Positions 1-10,700 of a DNA stretch of 64,000 bases are shown in pieces (the first letter of the stretch is position 1; each line of letters starts with the position of its first letter). The DNA comes from Candidatus Latescibacterota bacterium (GTDB lineage Bacteria > Latescibacterota > UBA2968 > GCA-2709665): positions 1,472,001-1,536,000 of the forward strand of contig OZ250150.1 of assembly GCA_965237675.1 (NCBI GenBank). Direction: 5' to 3'. Under the pieces are notes generated by a model. It was not told where the DNA came from. It was given only the letters and a program-made list of their open reading frames with translations, and did no database searches. The position numbers and the translations under genes were made by a program.

Positions 1-73
1 CATACCCATGCGCATACACCAGACGGCGGTGCTGAACGGAAAAACGCGGAAAAACCCCCCACACCACCACCGG
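1..73 (-). repeat. Partial copy of the ~185-bp structured repeat (cut by the window edge)
   Basis: Reverse complement aligns with 7361-7430 (CCGGTggTGG..GGGGGGTTTTTCCGCG..TTCCGT.CAGCA..GCCG.CTGGTGTAT). Confidence 0.75.
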
Positions 74-215
74 GCGGGGGAGAGCGAAACGCGAGGGACC
101 GCAGGCCCTTCCACCGCCCCTACGAATGCAACATGGTCGCGAGGTTTGGGGGTCGCGGGGTGGTCCTCTTGCTTCTTCCTTCTTGCGTCTCACGCTTTTC
201 TTGATGGAGCTTGCC

Positions 216-1121
216 ATGGATCGTGATGAAGTTCGGGCGCATCTGACAGGGATCATTTCGTCGATCGCGACGCCGTTCAATCAGGACGGCAGCGTGGACT
301 ACGATGGCTTGCGGAACCAGATCGATTTCGTGCTGGCGGGGGGAAGCCGCACCGTGCTGCTGACGGTGGGCGACAGCCACTATATCTGTATGTCCGAGGC
401 GGAAATCGCGGAGGTGACGCGGGTCGCGTGCGAGCATACGGCCGGCCGGGGGATGGTGGTGGCGGCCGATCGGTATTACGATACGCGGCGCTCGGTCGCC
501 TTTGCGTCGTTCGCGAAGGACCTGGGAGCCGACGTGCTGATGGTGTTGCCACCGAACTGGGGGCCGTCCTGTACGGTGGAAACGATGGTCGAACACTACG
601 GCGAGGTGTCCGGGACGATGCCGGTTATGATCGTAACGGGCGCCTTTTCCGCGCACGGGCCGGAGTTCGGACTGGAGGTCATAGATGAAACGTTGAATCG
701 ATTCGAAAATGTCGTCGCCATCAAGGATGACATGTGCGGGGATTTCGCGCGGCGGCTGTGCCTGGTCGCGCACGAACGGGTGGCCGTATTCGCCGGGGGG
801 CAGAAGGTGAACCACATCAATATGTGGCCGTACGGATGCGATGGGTATATGTCGACGTATATCACCTTCAAGCCGGAGGTCGCGCGGCGATATTGGGACG
901 CGATTCAGAATACGGACGTCAAAGCGGCGAGGACGATTATCCGGGAATACGACATGCCGTTTTTCGACTGTATCGGAAAGCTGACCGGCGGGTGGAACGC
1001 GGGGTTTCACGGGGCGATGGAGATCTTCGGCGTGGCGAAGCGATGGCGCCGGAAGCCCTACTATTCATTGAACGACGAGGAGATGGAGGGTCTGAGGGAA
1101 TTCTTCAGAAGCTGTCTTTAA
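216..1121 (+). CDS. Dihydrodipicolinate synthase (DHDPS/NAL)-family aldolase/dehydratase
   Basis: ATPFNQDGSVDYDGL, GADVLMVLPP and NVVAIKD motifs; GGAG RBS before ATG 216; current stop lies inside a MITE. Confidence 0.85.
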   Translation: MDRDEVRAHLTGIISSIATPFNQDGSVDYDGLRNQIDFVLAGGSRTVLLTVGDSHYICMSEAEIAEVTRVACEHTAGRGMVVAADRYYDTRRSVAFASFAKDLGADVLMVLPPNWGPSCTVETMVEHYGEVSGTMPVMIVTGAFSAHGPEFGLEVIDETLNRFENVVAIKDDMCGDFARRLCLVAHERVAVFAGGQKVNHINMWPYGCDGYMSTYITFKPEVARRYWDAIQNTDVKAARTIIREYDMPFFDCIGKLTGGWNAGFHGAMEIFGVAKRWRRKPYYSLNDEEMEGLREFFRSCL

Positions 1122-1293
1122 ATTCCTGGTGCGTTTCCGAGCGCGAGCGAAAAGGTGTCGGACCAGGCGGGCGAATCCGACTGTGAGAGGCGAGCGAGCG
1201 CAGCCTCGACCTCGAAGGACGGGTGGATTTGACCAACGCCGACCGACGCCTTTGCAGCCGCGCGAAGACCGCCGGGGGTTTTGAGACAGCTTC
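1108..1293. mobile_element. 186-bp MITE (IS5-like ends) in the 3' end of the DHDPS-like gene
   Basis: TIRs GAAGCTGTCT..AAA / TTT..AGACAGCTTC, flanked by TCA and TTA; removal restores ...EFFRSKKLLQVR*. Confidence 0.75.
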
Positions 1294-1326
1294 TTAGGTC
1301 GAAAAAGCTTCTGCAGGTGCGCTGAA

Positions 1327-1545
1327 ATGAAATTTGTCGACATCGACATGATTCCGATCAATCCGGGGCTCGCGGCCGGGAATGCGGATCATACGGTTCG
1401 GTTTCACAGCATCGATCAACGGACGATTTTCAAGGTGGTGACGGATAACGGGGTCGTGGGTTACCGCAACGGTGGATCGGCAGCGTTCGCCAGGGTATAC
1501 GAGCGGGTTCAGAGGGACGGGGCATTTATGGAGAGCGAGGACTGA
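1327..1545 (+). pseudogene. N-terminal fragment of a mandelate racemase/enolase-superfamily protein
   Basis: MKFVDIDMIP...TIFKVVTDNGVVGY resembles the MR/MLE capping-domain start; ends at 72 aa. Confidence 0.6.
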
Positions 1546-1548
1546 GGG

Positions 1549-2712
1549 ATGAAGATTACGGACATCCGGGCACACGTCATGAACGTCCCTGCGGCCGACG
1601 GGCAAACACCCAGGCGGAACTGGATATTTGTGGAGGTGGAGACCGACGCCGGCATCACCGGGATCGGCGAGGCCACCACGGAGTATCATGAGATGGCGGT
1701 AGCGGCGCAGGTGGAGACGGCGCTGAAACCCAGATTGTTGGGAATGGACCCAACAGACGTCGAGCAGGTCTGGCAACTGGGCCACCGGGACTTCTGGTGG
1801 AAGCGGGGCGTGGTACATACCAGCGCGGTCAGTGGCATCGACATGGCGCTGTGGGATATCATCGGCAAGGCGGCGGGACAGCCCGTGTTCAAGATGCTGG
1901 GTGGCAGAGTTCGCAATAAGGTGCGGTGTTACGCGCGGGCGGACCTGGGGCTGGATTCGCTGGAGGCGCACGCGGCGCAGGCATTGGAAGACGGGTTTGA
2001 TGCGTTCAAACACGGGCATGGGCCGGCGGTCACGCCGTTTGATATGGACGCGCAGGTGGACGTCGCTGTCAGCGAGATGACCCGGTTGCGCGAGGTACTG
2101 GGGCCGGACGTGGCGTTGATGATCGACTGCGGCGGCGTGTTCTCGCCCCCGGCGGCGCATCGCCTCGTGCGGGAACTGCAGACGTTGGACCTGTTCTTCG
2201 TGGAAGAGCCGATTGAGCAGAGCATGGTGGCGCCGTACGTGAGGTTGAAGCGGGATTTTCCGGGGGTGCGGGTTGCCGCGGGGGAGCGGTGGATGACGCG
2301 ATGGGATTGCAGAGAGTGGTTCGAACGACAGGCGGTGGACGTGTGCCAGGTGGATATCTGCCACGCGGGCGGGATCAGCGAATTGATGAAAATCGCCCAT
2401 TTCGCGGAGGTGTACGGGATCGGCATTGCGCCGCACAATCCCTACGGTCCGGTGGCGCTGGCAGCGGCCGCACACGCGGCGGCCGCGATGCAGAATTTCG
2501 AGATTCTCGAACATTGCCGGCTGAGGCCATGGTTCGACGACGTTCAGGCGCTGCGGGTGCCGATTTCGGGCGGCCGCGTGGACGTCGACGAATTGGGGCG
2601 GCGCCCGGGGCTGGGTGTCGAACTGGATATGGAGATGGTGAAGTCGCGGCCGTATCGGACGTTGCCCGCTCGCCGCTACGTGGGGCCGGATGGGAACACC
2701 CATCTGTACTGA
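1549..2712 (+). CDS. Mandelate racemase/muconate lactonizing family enzyme (galactonate dehydratase-like)
   Basis: NWIFVEVETDAGITGIGE, SGIDMALWDIIGK, FVEEP, AAGER, APHNPYGP. Confidence 0.9.
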   Translation: MKITDIRAHVMNVPAADGQTPRRNWIFVEVETDAGITGIGEATTEYHEMAVAAQVETALKPRLLGMDPTDVEQVWQLGHRDFWWKRGVVHTSAVSGIDMALWDIIGKAAGQPVFKMLGGRVRNKVRCYARADLGLDSLEAHAAQALEDGFDAFKHGHGPAVTPFDMDAQVDVAVSEMTRLREVLGPDVALMIDCGGVFSPPAAHRLVRELQTLDLFFVEEPIEQSMVAPYVRLKRDFPGVRVAAGERWMTRWDCREWFERQAVDVCQVDICHAGGISELMKIAHFAEVYGIGIAPHNPYGPVALAAAAHAAAAMQNFEILEHCRLRPWFDDVQALRVPISGGRVDVDELGRRPGLGVELDMEMVKSRPYRTLPARRYVGPDGNTHLY

Positions 2713-2732
2713 GGGACGGCGCGACCCCTCCC

Positions 2733-2846
2733 CGGCGCGCGCGGAGGGTGCTGGTGATGGACGGCGCAGGCATCGACGTTGGCACCCACGAAGAATTGCT
2801 GGCCCGGCATGAACTCTACGCGGACTTTCACGGACTGTGGCGGTAG
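2733..2846 (+). pseudogene. Remnant of an ABC-exporter ATP-binding subunit C-terminus
   Basis: RRARRVLVMDG..GTHEELLARHELYA resembles the ADRILVLDGG..GTHEELL..LY tail; no upstream ORF. Confidence 0.6.
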
Positions 2847-2903
2847 GCGTATTGCCCTGGGTAGGGAAATAGCCCTCCGTCGGTATAAGTACGGGGAGTT
2901 GGA

Positions 2904-4055
2904 ATGGTAAGACATGTGTTGTTCGTTGGCATCATCGTGCTGTTCACGGCGCCGACCGTTGCGGCAACGCCACCGGGGATTCGACCGGCCCTGGCGGCAT
3001 TCATCGACGGTCGATATGGCGCCGCCGAGGACATTCTGAGGAAACTGCTCCGGCAACCCGGGACAGACCGCGCCCAAATCTGCTATCTGCTGGGACGCGT
3101 CAACGCGTGGGAGGGGGATGTCAAGCCGGCATTCAAATGGTTCGAGAAGGCCGTTGAGGCCGATTCCGCATCGGCCGATTACCAATACCGGCTGGGACAG
3201 ATGTATGGCGCGAAGGCGCAGGAAGCCAATATTTTCAGGAAACCCGGACACGCCCGGGGCGCGCGCAAGGCGTTTGAGAAAGCGGTCCGGTTGGATCCTG
3301 ATCACCTGGACGCGCGGACCGCGCTGGTGGAGTATCACCTGTACGCGCCGGGGTTTCTGGGCGGCAGCATGGAGAAAGCGCTTGAACAGGCCGACGAGAT
3401 CAAGTCCCGGAATTTGACAGAAGGCCACCTGGCGTGGGGCCTCATCCATGCCGAAGAAAAGGCACAGGACAAAGTTGAAAGCGCCTATCTTGCGGCGGTC
3501 GGGTCCGCCAATACCGACTCCCGTCCGGCTCTCCGGCTGGCGGCGCTCTACTTACGCAATGGACGGCGTCCGGAGGCGGTCCGGGTCTACGAAGCGTATT
3601 TGCGGTCCTTTCCCGACCACGCCCTGGTCCTGCGCCGGTTGAGCGACCAGTATCGTCTGGAGAAGGAAAACGAAAAGGCGTTTGAGGCCGCCCGGCGGAG
3701 CCTGGAAGTCGCGATGGATTCTCTTGCAACGCTGGCGGCCGTTTCGAACGCTACTGTTCAAACCTTCGAGAACGTGCTGGCCGCCCAATCGAACCGGATC
3801 CATGCGCATTATGAAATTGGCAAGTTCAGCGCGCTGACCGGGATGAAGGTGGATCCGGGTCTGGAATCGTTGACGGCCAATCTCAGCCTCTTACCCCAGC
3901 GATGGCGCGGGTCTCGGGTTCGGAGCTATTACAGACTTGGCCGTATCCACGTGCGCCGGGGAGAACGGGATCTTGCACGAGATGCTTACAGGCAGGTTCT
4001 GAAATTGGACAAAGAGCACAAGGGCGCGCGAGAAGCGCTGGAGGAACTGGATTAA
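2904..4055 (+). CDS. Exported tetratricopeptide-repeat protein
   Basis: N-terminal signal peptide, multiple TPR motifs (AFEKAVRLDPDH, AYRQVLKLDKEH). Confidence 0.85.
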   Translation: MVRHVLFVGIIVLFTAPTVAATPPGIRPALAAFIDGRYGAAEDILRKLLRQPGTDRAQICYLLGRVNAWEGDVKPAFKWFEKAVEADSASADYQYRLGQMYGAKAQEANIFRKPGHARGARKAFEKAVRLDPDHLDARTALVEYHLYAPGFLGGSMEKALEQADEIKSRNLTEGHLAWGLIHAEEKAQDKVESAYLAAVGSANTDSRPALRLAALYLRNGRRPEAVRVYEAYLRSFPDHALVLRRLSDQYRLEKENEKAFEAARRSLEVAMDSLATLAAVSNATVQTFENVLAAQSNRIHAHYEIGKFSALTGMKVDPGLESLTANLSLLPQRWRGSRVRSYYRLGRIHVRRGERDLARDAYRQVLKLDKEHKGAREALEELD

Positions 4056-4084
4056 ATACAGATCCCCCACGCCTACACCGGGCG

Positions 4085-4108
4085 GGCGGTTCGCGAACCG
4101 CCCCTACA
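4085..4108 (-). repeat. GTAG-type REP (GTAGGGGCGGTTCGCGAACCGCCC); further copies near 7249, 39866, 40153, 41255, 43987, 44251
   Basis: Recurrent GTAG-tagged palindrome in intergenic DNA. Confidence 0.85.
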
Positions 4109-4270
4109 CAAGAAACGGATGTCGGTAAACTGACGTCGCGTTGCCGTATCGCCAACGGGTTTCAGGTGACTGCTGTACGCTGACGGCTGACCGCTCCCCG
4201 TAATGACATTGAGGTTGGGCAGAACCAGGTTTCCCTTCCCCGGGGGGGAAGGAGTCAGGAGGGCACGACC

Positions 4271-5329
4271 ATGTCAAAACCCGAATATCGAGCCGTAATT
4301 ATAGGACTGTCCGGCATTGGTGCCAGGCGGCCCGAGGAAGATGAACACCTTCCGGTATACGGCCCCATGCCCGGCTCTCATGCCGGGGCCTATGACAGGC
4401 ATCCCCGAACCGAAGTGGTGGGTGTGTGCGACCTACGGGCGGAGGCGCTGGCGGATTTCAAGGCGCAGTGGGGAGATGTGTGGCCGGACGCGCGGCTCTA
4501 CACCGATTACCGGGAGATGCTGAAGGCGGAGAAGCCGGACCTGGTGAGCGTGGCCACTTCCGATCATGTCCACGCCGATATGACCGTTGCCGCCGCCGAA
4601 GCGGGCGCGCGCGCCATTTTGTGCGAGAAGCCGATCGCCACCTCGCTGGAAGACGCGGACCGGATGATTGCCGCCGCCGAAACCAACGGCGCGCTGCTCT
4701 CCATCGAGCACACGAGACGTTGGAATCCGAGCTATCTGAAGGCGCGTGAGATCATTCGAAGCGGGGAGATCGGGCCGCTGCGCACGATTGTGTGCGAGCA
4801 GTTCAGCCGGCGCGCAATGCTATTCCGGAACGGGACTCACCTGCTGGACATGATCTGTTTCTATGCCGAGGCCAACCCCCGGTGGCTGGTGTCCGAACTG
4901 GAGGCAGGGTTCGAGCATTTCACCGAATACAAGGGGGACGGCGGAAAAGATCCTGCCGTCGATCCGTACGCGTCGGCATACATCCGGTTCGACAACGGCG
5001 TCCGGGCATTTTACAATGCTTACAAAGTCGATTTTCCCGGTTCGAAATTTGCGCTGACGTGTGAGGATGGGCGCATCGAGATTTCCGACCGGGGCGCATC
5101 CCTGATCCGGGGCAGGTCGCATTTCGAGTCGACGACGTCGCCCATTTTGTCTGGAAAATATGCCATGGAAAATCAATCGGCGGCGGTGGCGGAACTGATC
5201 CGGATACTGGAGGAGGGCGGCGATCTGGTCTCGCCCGCACGCGAGGCGCGCAAGACGGTGGAGATCATGATGGGGATCTTGAAGTCGCACCACGGTGGGA
5301 ATTGCCGGGTCGATTTCCCCCTGTCGTGA
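4271..5329 (+). CDS. Gfo/Idh/MocA family oxidoreductase
   Basis: IIGLSGIG Rossmann motif, ILCEKP. Confidence 0.9.
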   Translation: MSKPEYRAVIIGLSGIGARRPEEDEHLPVYGPMPGSHAGAYDRHPRTEVVGVCDLRAEALADFKAQWGDVWPDARLYTDYREMLKAEKPDLVSVATSDHVHADMTVAAAEAGARAILCEKPIATSLEDADRMIAAAETNGALLSIEHTRRWNPSYLKAREIIRSGEIGPLRTIVCEQFSRRAMLFRNGTHLLDMICFYAEANPRWLVSELEAGFEHFTEYKGDGGKDPAVDPYASAYIRFDNGVRAFYNAYKVDFPGSKFALTCEDGRIEISDRGASLIRGRSHFESTTSPILSGKYAMENQSAAVAELIRILEEGGDLVSPAREARKTVEIMMGILKSHHGGNCRVDFPLS

Positions 5330-5356
5330 CGGGTGGCGCCGCGCTGCGGGGTCTAT

Positions 5357-5516
5357 CAGTCCGTTGATAAAGTCGCTCTGCAGGCGAGGCCGAGTCATTG
5401 TGGCCGAGGACAAGGCGCGCGACCGCGTCGAATCGGGGGATTCGGGGAGGGAGTGCAACGCAGTAATTCGGCCACAAGGGCCGGATGCAGCCCGGATGGA
5501 CTTTTTCAACGGGCTG
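5357..5516. mobile_element. 160-bp MITE, copy 1
   Basis: 18-bp TIRs CAGTCCGTTGATAAAGTC / GACTTTTTCAACGGGCTG; 4-bp TSD CTAT at 5353-5356 and 5517-5520. Confidence 0.9.
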
Positions 5517-5581
5517 CTATTGCGGGTCACTCACCGTTCCGCAAAGGACTCGCTAAAGGGATCCGCGCCTCGGCCGTGCGT

Positions 5582-6658
5582 TCATAGGGTTACCGCCTGC
5601 GAGGTTGCGTGCAGTGAACGGACCCCTGCCTCGGCCGCACGCATCGCATTGAGACCGTCCTCCTGAGTGACGCTGAAGGGCTCGTTTTTCAGGCACCGGT
5701 CGACAAAACAGGCCAGTTCCCGCTTGTAGGCCGGACCGAAGCGTTCGATGAAGACGGGGACGTCCTCGCCGTAATCCCTCATTTGGAAGACCTGCTTTTC
5801 GATGGCGCCCTCCCGGTTGTACGCTTCTACCGTTACCCGAAGCGGATCTTCGTTGAAATGGCCCACGTGGATCAGGCCGTCCCGGCCGTAAATCCACGTT
5901 TCGTTGCGATACCCGGCCACGTGGTTTCGGCTCACCTGGACCTGCGCGATAACATTGCCGGGAAACGCCATCTGGAGGAACGCATCGTCGAAGTCTTCTT
6001 CTACCGTCGTTATTCTGAAATTGTGCAGGTTCGCACCCATGGCGCTGGCACGTTCCGGCCTTGCGCCCAGAAGCCAGATCGCTTCATCGATGTTGTGCAC
6101 GGCCATGTCCGGCAGGATGCCGGGGCTGCTGTAGCCCACCGGGGGAGGGTGCGGGTCCTCGAGGACGGACACGACTTTGAACGGGGCGCCGATGGTATTC
6201 CGGTCCAGCAGCGCTTTTGCGTGGAGTAGAGGGTCGTCGAAGCGCCTCATAAAGGCCTGCATGAGGGCGTGCTTTTTCGTATTATCTTGCGACAGGTATC
6301 TGACGAAGTGGACAGCGGTCTCGACCGAATGGGTGAGGGGTTTCTCCAGCATCACACGATAGCCCGCGTTAATCAGCGTCCGGGCGTCGGATTCGTGGTC
6401 CCCGGTCCTGGAGGCCACCACGGCCGCGTCGACCAGACGGGCGTCCGCCAGGTCGGACGTGCTCTTGAAGGCACGGATTTCGGACGTCTGATTTTTCTGA
6501 AGCGCTCGGGCAACGTCCTTCGCGGTGCTGCCGTAGCGATCCACTACGGCGGCAAGCTCGCACCTTCCCTCCGCTGCACCCAGTTCCTGGACGTGCCTGG
6601 CGTGGAAGACGCCGATGCGGCCCACGCCGACAACGGCGAGTTTTAAGGTTTCACGCAT
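5582..6658 (-). CDS. Gfo/Idh/MocA oxidoreductase (inositol 2-dehydrogenase-like)
   Basis: VVGVGRIG, MLEKP, AFMRRFD, DMAVHNID. Confidence 0.88.
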   Translation of the reverse strand: MRETLKLAVVGVGRIGVFHARHVQELGAAEGRCELAAVVDRYGSTAKDVARALQKNQTSEIRAFKSTSDLADARLVDAAVVASRTGDHESDARTLINAGYRVMLEKPLTHSVETAVHFVRYLSQDNTKKHALMQAFMRRFDDPLLHAKALLDRNTIGAPFKVVSVLEDPHPPPVGYSSPGILPDMAVHNIDEAIWLLGARPERASAMGANLHNFRITTVEEDFDDAFLQMAFPGNVIAQVQVSRNHVAGYRNETWIYGRDGLIHVGHFNEDPLRVTVEAYNREGAIEKQVFQMRDYGEDVPVFIERFGPAYKRELACFVDRCLKNEPFSVTQEDGLNAMRAAEAGVRSLHATSQAVTL

Positions 6659-6910
6659 TGTTGCAGGTACTCCTGGGAAGGTCCGGATAGAAAGCAGAAT
6701 TGTTATGTTATATGCATTTTGCTAGCCGGTTTCAGTTGTACACTTCGGACTGATCGCTGTCCACAAATATCGGAGATAATTACATATCTATATTTTTTCG
6801 TGCCCTTTTTCTTGCTCACTTGCACAGACCGGGTACATGTAACTGGTGTTCGGACACATGGGTTACACTTTTTTCGGGATGATCCGGCGGCGGCAACGAA
6901 ACCGGGTGCG

Positions 6911-7093
6911 GTCGTCGTTATAGGCGTCTTGAACCAGACGAGACCTACCCCCTATCCCCCTTCCTGAAGGAAGGGGGAACTGTCATCGGTTGATCGCATC
7001 TCAATCGATGATAAAATCCCCCTGACATATTGTGACGGGTCAACGCTTGTCTCCCCCTTTCCTTTAGGAGAGGGGGCCGGGGGGAGAGGTCCC
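6911..7093 (+). repeat. ~183-bp REP-doublet element, direct repeat of 10960-11143
   Basis: Near-identical copies; hairpins CCCCCTTCCTGAAGGAAGGGGG and CCCCCTTTCCTTTAGGAGAGGGGG. Confidence 0.9.
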
Positions 7094-7360
7094 ACGGACC
7101 GTGCGGTCGTGAGATAGACCCGGAAGGACCGCCGCATGGTCGCTTCAAAAGGAACCCGCCGGAGGCAGCGGTCAGGAAAAACAGCTATCAGCCAAAACCG
7201 GTTAACGATATGGACACGCGATATCAATATCACGGATGTCGGGTTTTCGTAGGGGCGGTTCGGGAACCGCCCGCCTTGCGGCCCCGCATGATTACCTTTA
7301 TCCCGGCCGGTGGGGGAGAGGGGTCTTCTCGGCCTGTCGCGGATTTTACCCCTGGTGCGA

Positions 7361-7545
7361 CCGGTTGTGGAGAGGGGGGTTTTTCCGTGTTATTCCGTCC
7401 AGCAGTGCCGCCTGGTGTATACTCGGGGAGTCTCAGGGCAATGTCTCAAGATTTCTCCAATGAGGCGATTCGCGGAAAAACCGGCCCCGTGCCGAACGGC
7501 GCCGTTCTTTTTGGTCCTTTTTCTTGGGCGTACAAGAAAAAGGAC
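7361..7545 (+). repeat. ~185-bp structured repeat (candidate ncRNA or non-autonomous element)
   Basis: Stem 7378-7389 / 7471-7482 and terminal hairpin GTCCTTTTTCTTG-GGCGTA-CAAGAAAAAGGAC; homologs at 1-73, 15066-15257, 41023-41203. Confidence 0.8.
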
Positions 7546-7735
7546 AAAGAGAAAAAAAAGGTTGAGGGGTAAGAAATGCCTATGTATGCCCGGAACGCAG
7601 TTCCAAAAAAAGCCGTAAGACGTAAGACGGGAGAAGTGAGAGGACCGCCAGGTGTCTTCTGTTTGAAAGGCGTAACCGGAGGCATCGATCCTGTCCGGAT
7701 CGATGGTTTCCCGGACAATTCGATGGAGGGACGAC

Positions 7736-10700
7736 ATGGTCAGGATGCCGGTGAAGGGGGAGGTCGTTGAGGATGAAACGGCGTTTCGGACGCTGTGCGA
7801 GGGATTGCATCTGCGCGAACCGCTGCCGGATCATGAACCGGATCGGTATTTGAGGGCGGCGGGATTCTACGAGAATGTGATCGGCGCCGGCAAGCGACAG
7901 GGGAGGGTGGGGATCTACAATCGGGAGGACCTGGAGCGGGCGAGGCGGAACGCGGAGCGCCTGGCGTGGGCGCGGGACATGGTGGACGAAATTGTGCGGG
8001 ATGCCGACTTCTGGGCGCGGTTTTCGGACGAGACGCTCTATGCGATGGTGCCAACGCAGAATCCGCTGGCATTGACCGTGGCCCAGTACGACGGGTGTCC
8101 GATTCACGGGGGCAACCGGTCCACGCTCGAGGGCGATCTGTTACATCCCTACCAGTGGCGGTGCAATATCGGAGGGGAGTGGTGGTACGAGGGGATCGAA
8201 GTCGAAAACCCGGGTACCGGCGAGCGGGTCCGCGTGGTGGACGACGGGCCGGGGTGGGTGGCCCCGGAGGGGTTCATGAACGCTGGCGTCACGTATTATT
8301 TCACGGGGGCGTACCGGTGTTATCTGCTATACCGGCTGTTTTCCAATCCCTACGCCCCTCAGACAGGAGCGGGACACCAGGGGCGGCCCGCGTCCCAGGC
8401 CCTGGCGCTGGCGTACGCCTTCACGGGGGAGCGGAAGTACGCGCGCAAGGCGGGGATTCTGTTGAACCGGCTGGCGCAGGTGTACGGGAGGTTGCGGGGC
8501 ATCAAGGAGGGATACGACGCCTACGACAAGAGCAAGGATCCGATTCGCGGTTACGTCGGCGAGGCGTCCGGCAGGGAGCAGTTTTTTCTCAATGCCGTGG
8601 CGGTGACGTACGATCTGATCTTCGAGGCAATGCGGGACGACGAGGAGGTGGCAGGGTTCTTCCAGGCGCGGGGCGGCGAGGATTTCGATGGGGACGGGCG
8701 GGTGACAACGAGGGATATCATATTTAATATCCACCGGAACCTGTTCGCGTATGCCTACGAGTTTCTGGATCGGACGCTCCCGATTGCCGGCGGCGACTTC
8801 CTGACATCATCGCTTTACTCGTTACTCAAGGTGGGGGCGTGCCTCGAGAACGGCGCGATGATCAGGCAGGCGCTGGAAGCGCCGACGGGGCTCTACAATG
8901 TGATGTCCAATAGTTTTTTCCGGGACGGCAAGTTCTGGTATGACTCGATTGCCTACAGTACGGGCAACATACGGGAGGCGGTGGATGCGGCGGAGTGGAC
9001 CCTCGGGTTTCAGGACGGGGAGCAATTCACGTCACCGATGGACCTGTATCACGATCCGAGGTTCCGGCTGCGGGAGATGATGGAATTCGCGCGCGCGGTG
9101 GACTGCGACGGGCGCGTGCCGATGATCGGGGATACGGGCGGGGGCCGGAACCGCGTGCTGCGGACGCCGTATTCGCTGGAGGACGAGATCGGTTACCTGC
9201 GGCTGCCGGAGGCGCGGGATCTGTATGCGCGGCGTATCCTGGCGGGCGCCGGTGGCGATCCGGACGCCGCGCGCAAGGACGGCGATCTCTTTCTGTTGTT
9301 CCATTGCGAACCGTGGAATGGGACCGTGGAGGCCGGAGACATATCGCCCGAGAGCGATGTGTTGCACGATTCGGGGTTCTGCATCCTGCGGGCGGGAGAT
9401 CAACAATCCAGCCGCCGGCACGTCGTATTGAATTATGGGAAAGGGAACCACGGCCACGGGCATATGGATAAGCTGGCGGTGAATCTCATTGCGTACGGAT
9501 ACGATCTGTCTGCTGATCTGGGATACCCGCCAAGCTGGGTGGCGCCGAAGAAGGCGGGATGGGAAACGCATACCGCCAGCCATTTTACGGCGGTAATCGA
9601 TGGCGAGAATCAGGTGTTCGCAACGGGAAGTCTGAATCTGTTCGTGGATGGACCATGGGTGCGCCTGGCGGACGCGTCAGGCGAGCGGGCATATCCCGGG
9701 CTGGCGAATGGGTACCGACGGGCGGTGGCCCTGGTGCCGGTGGACGAACAGCGGGCGTATGTGGTCGACTTGTTCCGGATTTCCGGAGGTGGAGAACACG
9801 ACTACGGTCTCCACAGTTGGGCCGGGGAGAACGCGGAACGGTTCGAGATCGCACTGGCCGAGGGCGTGGCCCTCGAGGCGCAGCGCGACGGCACACTGGC
9901 CGGCCCCGACGTCCCCTTCGGGGGCGCGCCGGGGTACGGGTTCGTGAAGGATGTGGCAAGGGCCCGGACGGACGGCGGGTTGACGGCAACCTGGCGGACG
10001 GAACCGGCAGGCGCCGGTATCCGGCTCCACATGCCGGGAGAGACGGGTTCGACGGTGATGACCGGGCTTGCCGAGGGGGCGGGACTGCAGGGCCACAGTC
10101 CCTGGGACCGGTACGTGATTGTGCGGAGGACCGGCGGGGAGGGGAAGGAGAACCGATTCATGGGCGTTCTGGAGCCGTATTCGGGTACGCCCTATATAGA
10201 TGGCGTCGAGACGCTATTCGTGGCCGGTCGGAAAGCGGGATTGAGGGTGGCCATCGGGAAACGGTCGCACGATATCGTCTACGGAGTGGGTGGGGTGGTG
10301 GAGGGCGAGGTGGACGGTCTGCCGTTCCGTTTCGAGGGAGACTGGGCGTTCGTGGAGCGGGAGGGCGATACGATCCGGAAGGCGCAGGTGGTGAACGGGA
10401 AGCAGTTCCGATATGGAGACGTCGAGATGGAGGGGCCGGGAGCATTGGCGGGACGTGTGGATGCAGTGGAAATCGACGACCGCCGGATCGTCGTTACGTC
10501 GCCGGTTCCGCTTCCGGTCGATGGATCTCTGACCGGGCGGACCATCGTACTCTCGCATCCCGACTACATCTGCAATTCGACGTATGAGATTACGGGTGTG
10601 GAGGCGGCGGGCCAGGGCCGGTACCGGATCGCGCTGGAGGAGATGGACTTCCTGTTGAGCGAAGGGCGGATCAACAGCGTGGAGGGCGCCTCGTTGCTGA

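Noticed and set aside
7210-7618. Short ORFs in repeat regions (VGAVREPP, ATTRVAPT, GAVLFGPFSWA peptides)
   Set aside because: Translations of REP and structured repeats, not genes
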